From contig JAUCBJ010004141.1 of the NCBI GenBank assembly GCA_032718475.1, positions 1-42,528 on the forward strand: DNA of 42,528 nucleotides. The letters run 5' to 3'. Positions 33,799 through 42,528 of the stretch are shown one piece after another. The notes beneath the pieces are model-generated. The model searched no databases. It saw only the letters and a list, made by a program, of their open reading frames with translations, and was not told the origin of the DNA. The translations under genes and the position numbers were made by a program. This DNA comes from Nemertoderma westbladi (Eukaryota; Animalia; Xenacoelomorpha). How positions within the stretch are numbered: the stretch's first letter is position 1; every line of letters starts with the position of its first letter.

Positions 33799-34082
33799 GT
33801 CTCCAAATATCTCAACTTTTTCGTCCTATTGATTGTATTATAATCCTTTTGATTGTCTCCAAATATCTCAACTTTTTCGTCCTATTGATTTGTATTATAT
33901 TCCCCAGGATATCTGACTGTATAATATTCCCCAGGATATCTAACTGCATTATATTCCCCAGGATATCTGACTGTATAATATTCCCCAGGATATCTAACTG
34001 CATTATATTCCCCAGGATATCTATCTGCATTATATTCCCCAGGATATCTAACTGCTTTATATTCCCCAGGACATCTAACTGT
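33799..34082. repeat. Local duplication (56-bp period) followed by a 27-bp tandem repeat, about 7 copies (TCCCCAGGATATCT[G/A]ACTG...)
   Basis: GTCTCCAAATATCTCAACTTTTTCGTCCTATTGATT at 33799 and 33855. The first 27-bp units alternate CTGACTGTATAAT and CTAACTGCATTAT. Confidence 0.9.
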
Positions 34083-36709
34083 GTAAAGGCTTTTGCAGAT
34101 ATAACTAATCATTTTTCCCACAAAGTACTGTGTAGGTGTTTTAGCGGACATAAAAAGCCATTTTTTCTGTATATGTACTTTAGGGGACATAACAAGCCAT
34201 TTTATGCCGCAATACGCCAAATACTCTTAATACAGTGTAGTTCAGATGACAACATCTATCAGCTGATTTAATGTCGATGTGGAGCTTTCTTAACTCTCTT
34301 TGTTCGGCTCGCTCGACCAATCAGAACGATTTTCATTTTATCTTGTACAGAAGCCTACGGAAGATCGCGCAATGCATTACGGTCTTTGTTTACCTTTTCC
34401 TGAGCCTCAGAACATCGGCTTTGGAATTATTCTGAGTTTCAGACTTTAGCCAAACATTAGACGGCTTTGATTATAGGAACGTATAACTGTTATCATACGC
34501 AGTGCCAGACTCAGTACTCAGTACGCACGAACCATACATATCTGTTTACTGTCGGTTATTAATTGTTATAAGTTGGTGGATATGTTGTTATATTTGGAGA
34601 ATATCGATAAATAATCATAAAACCCCAATCTTCTTGATATACTGAAGGTTAGAGAGACCGGTTACCTGTAGCAATTGCGACTTACATTATAGTGGTTTTG
34701 GAGTGAATTGAATGCTATTTCATAATCCCTACATGTGTCAGTTGCTATTCTCCTTATATATGATCAAATTTAGTGAAGGTCGGCAGATCAGTGTGCAGCA
34801 GTGTGCGGTAGTGTGCATGAGTGTGACAGATAACAAAGCATTTCCTAAAGAATGCGCTTTATACAAAAATCATTAGCCATCCCGTTGTGTTTAGTGTAAG
34901 TCATAACTCTGTTTACATACTTAGAGCGCCACGTCCTAAAGGAACTGTTAATATTTCCCGAAAGTGAATAATATTTGTCAGAGATATTATATTAACGATC
35001 AATCGAATAATACAGTAAGTCTACACCGCAATAAGGTCAGAGCATCCGAATCCAGTCTCCCTTAACCGTGGGTGAATGGTCGCGCATAGGCTGGCTTCGG
35101 CTAATGTAACTTTATGTGCACCAAATACTTGTTATAGGCTAAAGTCGATTTATAAACTAGAAACCTAAAATTGGCAGGTTAAACTGCTAAAGGTCTAAAA
35201 GCGCGAACAATAACAGTTATTCTAGTTTCTTTATTGCAACGTAGGCAATAAAGTCTAATGTACCGGTCGACCGGTAACCTGTAGGCCTAACTACCTAACC
35301 ACCCAAACCGGTACTTACAGGTACATCAGTATTATTCGATTTTGATAATTATATACCGGTAGGTCTTGATATTTAATCAGGGACTGCAGCCCTGGTTTTT
35401 TATTGGGATTTTACTTATTTCTGTCAGTTTTATTTATCTGTAAGTTAATATTGAGCAGAAGGCGTGTAAGCCTGCTCAGATTGTACAAATAATTTGTAGG
35501 CTGGATTGTTGTCTGGCTGTTGTCAGGTCCGAAGAGATTGCAGTGTGTGTAGAGTGTATGTCCGATAAAATACTAGTTAGGAAGGTGTGGGCATCCAGTG
35601 TTGTAAGGTAAATCCCCTCTGAAAGAATAAGTCGTACTACTCGGTTAGAACGCATACTAACTAACCATTTTGGAGTCTGCATATACTGTAGTTTATTTAG
35701 GCTTGATAGTAGTCTGTCAGCATTTGGTTTGTATTTTGTTTGTGTAGTCTGTACGGGTAGCGTAATATTTATTATTCAGAGTTTATGCGATTATTCGCAA
35801 CATACACAACCCCAAGTTTATTCCTACAGTAATTGTGCTTGTTATACATACCGTTATAGTTAAATTAACCCCGGTACTACATCAGGGCTGTTTGGCGTAG
35901 GTAAAGACTGGTGATTTTATGCTCTAGTCACTCCAACAGATACCGTGGTTCTTTTAGCTGTACAAGTATTTTTAACTGCTGGTTATTTGTTGTATAAGTA
36001 CTTGTACCTAATTTAGGGTTTAGTGTACAGTGCTTTCCGAAGGTAATTAGTGTATAGGCAGTATATTTGTGTTGTAAAGTGGTTAATAGGCACGTTAGCT
36101 CTGGTTGGCTGCGGTAATTAACTTCTAGGTAGGGACACTCCGGGTACATAACGTAGTACTTATAGAGCTGTAAAGCTAGAGACTATAAGTCGTCAGATGG
36201 TGGTATTTTCTTATCTAGACAACGCAATATATTTACTACTGCTTTATTATTTTCAAATACCTATCCTGTCCGTTTGTAAGAACCAGAAATTCTAACTCCT
36301 TGTTAGGCTGGTTTGTAGATTTCTTGTAAAATTATCCCTAAAATGTGTACGTGTAACTTTTGTGTTTATTTAGAGATTGTAATCTCACACAGTAATTGTA
36401 CGTAATTTGTAGTAATAAGTAACTTTGTAAATTAGAATTATTTGTTTTAGTGTCCAATAAGTAGCACTCCACTGAGAGCGCGTTCAGCTTCTGTGAAGTG
36501 ACTCCTTACCTAGAAATAATAACATTTATTTCAAATATTGTAAAAACCCATTAAACGGGTATATATATATTATAAATCAACTCAAAACCTATTTATAAAA
36601 TAGTAGGCCTGTCATCGATCAATTAGGTCTTAATATCAGTTGGACTACTGCTTAATAACGGTAATAAAGTAACGTAAAGTAACCCTAAAATTCAGAAATT
36701 CAGTTATTT

Positions 36710-36950
36710 ACGATAGGCTTATTATATTTATTTCTATAAATTTAAGCTGAAATTATATACCGGTATTCTGTAATTAATTCTAGTCTATAATTATACTTAT
36801 ATATACTATAGGTGTATGCTGTATACCGGTATTCACGATAGGCTTATTATATATTTTAATATTTATGCTTAAATTATATACCGGTATTCTGTGACTAATT
36901 CTAGTCTGTAATAATACTTATATTATATACTATAAGTGTATACCGGTATT
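36710..36950. repeat. Diverged tandem duplication (about 125-bp period) upstream of the BEL ORF
   Basis: ACGATAGGCTTATTATAT...AAATTATATACCGGTATTCTGT...TAATTCTAGTCT at 36710 and 36835. Confidence 0.85.
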
Positions 36951-37085
36951 CTAATATATTGTATATATCACGTTACACTGAGTAACGGTATCGGTAATTA
37001 ATTACTAGGCTTTCAGTGGATACTGAATTGCTAGACTTGCTTTAACTGTCGTTATAGTAGTAGGCATTCAACTGTACAAACAAAC

Positions 37086-40000
37086 ATGGCTGACACAAAG
37101 CAAAATCTGTCAGATAGTCTCCTAAAAACAACAGTCTGCGATCCAGATAGGAGTGCGGAACGTTTGAGACCGAAGTCCAAGTCCCCTCCTACTGTAAGAA
37201 AGGTCATCCCTCCAGTAGTAGTATCCGACCCTAGGCTAGTAAAGCACCGTAGGTCTATCATAGGCACTAGGGCTCAAGTCAAGCGGGACCAAGAGGCAGC
37301 TGTTAAACAACAGCAACACCCGAACCGAGAACTTATTTCTCAGCAGACCGATAGCTCCAGTAGTTCAGATACTGTAGAGTTGACATCCGAATGCGGAGCC
37401 AAGATGGCAGAAGCAGTTTATTCGGATCCACTTCTCATTCTTCCTGAAGCCGTACTCACTAGGGTATTGATTGCGGTAGAAGAACATCAAATCGATTGGG
37501 CGAGAAGTAAGAGATCAACCAAGGACAGTTATGCGGGATACACAAGGGAGGAACTGAAGTCTATTGTCGAGACGCAATGGAACTTCCCCGGACCCGGACT
37601 CCCGTTTAACTTATCGGAAGCTGCCTGGGAAGACTTATACAGGATGGGAGTGGTAAAGGACACTAGAGATCCAGCTGTGTGGAAGAGGTCGGCAGCAGGA
37701 TATGTCCAGGGATTCTTCAACTCTTTGGAGCGATTAGAGGAACACCTGTTTCAACAACGACAAGGACCTCAAGAGCAGGGAAAGCTGCTTTATCAAGTGC
37801 GAGAACGAATTTTACGGATCAGACTAATCCTTTCAGCCTTTGAGGAAGCTTCGAAGAGAAGCCAAGACACGTCATTGCAAGTGGCCGTAAAAACTTGGTT
37901 CCAACGGGTGAGTCCAGGGAACGACACAATGGAAAGCTCAGCTAACCGAGCGCATGGCCCACGGAGAGTCAACAGACGCTACCTTTTCTCAGGTGGAAAG
38001 TGAAGCTATATCAGAGAAACCTCAGAAAAAGGATGCTATTGACATCTATCTGTCGGACTATCAACGATTCATAGGTGACAAAGAGCTAAGGAGAAGGCTA
38101 GCTGGACTTCACCCTAATAGTGAAGGGGCCAAATTTGTGTTGGACTCGTTAGATGCGGAAATATTAGCCGCTGAGCAGGCTAAATTTGATGAAAGCATCC
38201 TCATCGCTAGGGAACAGGAAGAACAATTAAAGAAAAAACGTATAGAAGACCGAAAGGCGGCAGCAGTGGCAGCAGCAGAAGTTGAAAGAAAAGCGGCAGC
38301 GGCAGCGGCAGAGGCTGAAAGAAAAGCGGCAGCGGCAGAGGCAGAAGCAGAAAGAAAGGTAGCAGCGGCAGAAGCGGAAAGAAAAGAGGCAGAGGTAGTG
38401 GCAGAAGCAGAACGGAGGGCGTCTGAAGAGACAACCCAACTAGAGTTGGAAAATCTTCAAGAGAAGCAAGACTACATAGATAAACAGAGAACAGCTAGTC
38501 AGTGGCAGATGATAAGTCGATCTACTCCCAAGAGACAGGGATTTACATCATCTGATGAAGGCGATACAACAGATCCTGAAGGCGGAGGAAATAGATCTCG
38601 TCCCAGCAGGTGTAGAAGAACGCCCCACCGTCAGAAATTGCCTAATTTGCCCCCAGCTGTGAGAAGGCAACTAGCTAGTGCAGACTTAGGTAGTACAGAA
38701 CCCTCAGACCAAATTATTAGAGTAAAAAGACTCCCTACTATAGTAGATGAGCCTGAAATAATTAGGCCTGTTCTCGAAGCCACCCCACCCCCTCTGTGAT
38801 AGAGACCCCTGTACTTCCAGAACCCAACTCTAAATTCCATTTGCACAGCACTAAACTACCTGTGCCCAGTAGAACAGTCACTGAGACAATTCATGTCCTG
38901 GACGCCGAGCGAGACATCAATGATTTATCGCCCGTCGTCCCTCGTCTGCCCGCTACTATGTTGGCGGCTCCCACTTCGGCGGTCGAGTGCGTGGATGAGG
39001 GACGGCGGGGGATGGATCTCCTGCTCGGGCAGATGCAGGAGACTGTTCAACAGTTCAAGGGAACAGTAATAGAAAGTAGGTTAGAGTTGCAAGAAGTGGA
39101 GCAGAGTATCGCGTTAGAACGCGATAAATTAGTAAATATACAAAGGGGTATACCACCACCCCCTGTAACAATGTGTCAACCTGTTAGGTCTGAAGTATTT
39201 CATGCGCAAGGTGTGGAGCCTACACGCATCTATACTGCTAGTGAAGTAGAAACTCCTATAGTAAACCCTATTAAGGGTAATTATAAACCTGTTGACAATG
39301 ATATTCCATATAGACCTGATCCTAATCCGAGAAATTTATATACCGATAACTCGATATTAAATAACACGATGGCCCAAGAAAGTTTTACGCGTCTAATGGC
39401 TAGAACCGAAGCCCGTCAAGCGGTAAAAGTGGGAGAGATTGTCAAATTCAATGGAGATGAGATGAAATGGTTACCTTTTAATGAATATTACAAAGATAAC
39501 ATACAGAACTCTGTACTATCTAACGGAGAGAAACTTAGATTCCTCATCGAGTGTTTGGAAGGACCTCCCAAGTTAATGGCATTAAAGTTTATTGGACATC
39601 CAGATGGATTAAGACAAGTTTGGGATACACTAAACATCAGGTATGGTAATAGGACAAACATAGCTAGGCATTTGTATGCAAAATTGGTAGCGCCCCGAAA
39701 GTTCCTTAGCAGCGGGATTATAGAGTTTTCCGATGAGATTCAGGAGATCTGTAGACAACTAGATTGGTTAGGTAAGTCTCATGAATATCAGAGTTCCATG
39801 GTTATTGGAGCCATAGCCTCTACTTTGCCCAAGGGTGGAGTAGGTACTCGCTGGGACAAGAAAGTGCTCTATATGATGGACCAGCAACAAAGAGACCCTA
39901 CCATGGCTGATCTCATGTCATTCTTAAATGGAGAGGTAAAATTACAGCTCCTAAAGCAGTCCTGAGAGAAGACACCGGAAAATAAGGTAAGTGAAAAACC

Positions 40001-42528
40001 CGTTTCTAGGAGAAAGGTAACACCAGTGTGTTATACAGACGACGGCGAAAGCCAAACCTCTCAAGAGGAGAGCAACGGGAAAGACACCAAAAGATCTTAC
40101 TATGTCAACAAAACACCAAAGGATGTAAGTAAATTTAAGTCTCGAACCAGTGACAGGAGAGAACAGACAACAAAAATTCCTCCCACGTCTCCTAAGAGAA
40201 TTCATGGAAGAAAGCCTGAGGAGAGAACAAGTATGCACAACACTACCCAAGGTAAAGTAAGTAACATCAAACCAAAATGTGCGTTGTGCGACGGGCCCCA
40301 CCGTTTAAGTGTGTGTGATGAATTCTTAAAGAAATCCCTAAAAGATAGACGTGAAGTCATGTGGGATAAGCGGTTGTGTTATAATTGCCTCAGACAAGGA
40401 CACCAACGGCGAACCTGTTACTCCGACGCAAGGTGTGCTAAGTGCGGCGCGAAACATCATATCTTGTTGCACACCGAATTCGAAAGAAACAGCCCGAGTC
40501 AGGTAAGTGAGTCCGAACTACATGTCCAATTCAGTTATGTGAACGACACTGACCACAGTTCTGAGATGGAAGGATTCTACATGGATGAATTCTCCGACGA
40601 AAACGAATCCTGTTATCTAATAAACACCGCAGTGTATCGAGCACTTACGTATGAGACTGAAACCGATAGTGAGCTCCCCCTAACTATTCCTGACCGACAA
40701 CCATCTTGGAAAGCGCCAACTTCCAACGTAGGAATCGGAGAATTTCCCGTAGTGCAGTTGAGAGTCCACGGGTTAATAAAGAGCTATATAGTGAACGCCC
40801 TCCTTGACTCCGGCAGCACAGGAACATTCATCGACAAAGAACTAGCCGAAGACATCTTTGCTGGACAACCCAAGTTCCGAACTAAGTTGAACCTTTCAGG
40901 AATTATGCAGGTTTGGAAATCTACAGTAGCTACAGACTACTATGTAGGCGCATTGTCCACCCCCCAGGATGAACTAGGAGAACACAGTATAAGGTCAGTG
41001 AAAATGGTGGCGATAAAGAACTTCGCTACCAGCCAAGTGGAACCTTATAACTGGGATGAAGACGATTTCACCCAGCAGCATGAGATACCTAGATTCAACA
41101 CCGACTACCCAGGGGTACAAATACTCATCGGCCAAAATGCGCATGAGGCGCTTGAGACATTAGAGAAATGGCCTGCTCAACCGCAACCACTGCAAACCTA
41201 TGCGGGAAGAACTAGAGTAGGTTGGTACTTTACTGGACCTTCCCGTAGGACTCTCATGGAAAGGCTACCTAAAGATCAAGTCCATCAAGTGAGTGATTGG
41301 GAAGAGGAAATCAGTGAGGGAGATGACACACCTGAGGGAACACCATACTCCTCAGATAATGACGATATTCATCAACTATTCGACGAGGAGAATACCATCG
41401 ACCTCCTTACGGAAAATGAAACTTGGCAAAACCAAGTGAACCTGTGTCACCTCATCCATCCAGCGGGACAAGTCGATTACAACGACGAACTGAATGAAGT
41501 GATAGATCGTTACAACGCGAAGGCTCGCGATGAACACACCGTACGATTCTTTACTCAAGAAGCTGTAGAGCCTAATCCCTACGATAAGGCCCTATCAGTA
41601 GAAGAGGAAAGAGCCAAGCAGATACAGGAAACGACTACACGTTTTCTTAAAGATCAAGGTAGGTATGAGATTTGTCTGCCTTTCCGACGGAGAGAACCCA
41701 ATTTTATAAATAACCGACCCTTGGCGGAGAAGAGAATCGCACAACTACATTGACGCCTTACGGCTAATGCTTCAGCTAAGGAGATGTACAAGACCCAGCT
41801 GAAGAAATTCATTGACAAGGGATATGCGGAGCGAGTACCGGAAGAAACACCCATAACTGAGAGAACGTACTAGTTAACACATCATTATGTTCCCAAACCC
41901 GGTAAACCCAACGAAGTCTGGGTAGTATTTGACGGCTCTGCCCTCTACATGGGCCAATCCCTTAACTCCGAGTTGTTGCCGGGACCCAACTTACTCCAAT
42001 CCTTGTTGGGAATACTCTTAAGATTACGACAATATTCGATCGCTTTCGCCTCTGATATAGAAGGCATGTTCTTACAAGTTAAGGCGCTGGATAGGGATCG
42101 AGACAGCCTACGATTTCTGTGGTGGCCTGAAGGAGACCTCAACCAGAAACCGGTGGAGTACTGGATGACCATCCAGGCTTTTGGGATCATCTCGAGCCCC
42201 TCAAACGCCTGCTCAGTAGTGCGCACCACTGCTGATGACAACCGGGACGCCTTCTCCAAAGCGGTTATCGACAACATCAAACGGGATATATACATGGACG
42301 ACAATTTAAAGTCCCTCCCATTGGTGGAAGAAGCCATTGATGTCGCCAAAGGAATGGTAGAGTGCTTGAAAAGAGGTGGATTTCGATTAACCAAATTCAC
42401 CAGTAACTCCCATGAATTTCTGGAATCGATCCCGGTAGAAGACCAAGGAGTTAAAGATCTAGACCTTATCAAGGACGATCTTCCAGAAACCAAGACGCTT
42501 GGTTTGAAATGGGACACGGAGAGAGATA
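37086..42528 (+). pseudogene. BEL/Pao gag-pol polyprotein, disrupted
   Basis: DUF1759-like gag (FNGDEMKWLPF..LSNGEKLRFL..LEG); three zinc knuckles (CALCDGPHRLSVC, CYNCLRQGHQRRTC, CAKCGAKHHILLH); protease ALLDSGS; RT motifs SLNSELLPGPNL, SDIEGMFLQV, LRFLWW and YMDD (42291-42302). Two compensating frameshifts (about 37915 and 38790) and stops at 39963, 41751 and 41871. Confidence 0.95.

Larger units (their letters stand above)
34272..42528 (+). mobile_element. BEL/Pao LTR retrotransposon, 5' part, decayed; the left boundary (5' LTR) is uncertain
   Basis: The gag-pol domains are unambiguous. A TGT at 34272 or 34278, followed by promoter-like sequence (CCAATCAG near 34317), is only a candidate LTR start because the 3' LTR is outside the window. 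Confidence 0.7.

Noticed and set aside
33789-34271. 160-aa ORF with CIIFPRISN repeats and its antisense ORFs
   Set aside because: These are translations of the 27-bp tandem repeat.
34272-35014. Exact BEL 5' LTR ending at ...AATAATACA (35014)
   Set aside because: There is no clear tRNA primer-binding site, no second LTR for comparison, and the ACA is part of a TACAGTA motif that is common throughout the window.
30184-37085. HDV-like (CPEB3-type) or hammerhead ribozyme in the CPEB intron or at the LINE 5' end
   Set aside because: The gene is CPEB1-type, not CPEB3. I found no nested double pseudoknot or CUGAUGA...GAAA core with supporting stems by eye. An Infernal or RNArobo search would be decisive.
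41945-42517. 190-aa minus-strand ORF and other antisense ORFs over the BEL and LINE coding regions
   Set aside because: They are antisense shadows of the retroelement reading frames and contain no recognisable motifs.

Overview
Animal (probably invertebrate) genomic DNA, not prokaryotic. It holds an apparently intronless NOP53 gene (1898-3148, +) and the 5' part of a CPEB1-type gene (+). I reconstructed six phase-consistent CPEB1 coding exons between 14577 and 30183; the remaining exons are not in the window. About 46% of the window is four large tandem arrays with 30, 46, 39 and 44 bp units, and these explain most of the long ORFs in the ORF track. Mobile elements: two RTE-type LINE 3' fragments, a decayed LINE RT, a 576-bp solo LTR inside a satellite, a tRNA-derived SINE, an L2/CR1-type LINE with its RT deleted, and a decayed BEL/Pao LTR element running off the right edge. 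The most notable signals are: (1) strong enrichment of TA-flanked micro-insertions (TAGGCCTA, TACCGGTA, TACAGTA/TACTGTA) that look like transposon excision footprints, one of them shown directly as an insertion by its sister repeat units; (2) a PAM2-like motif, an NES and a beta-TrCP-type degron in the CPEB1 N-terminus; (3) about 150 canonical G-quadruplex motifs on the sense strand of a CPEB1 intron; (4) CpG-type decay of the intronic retroelements. All counts and coordinates were read by eye and no searches were run.
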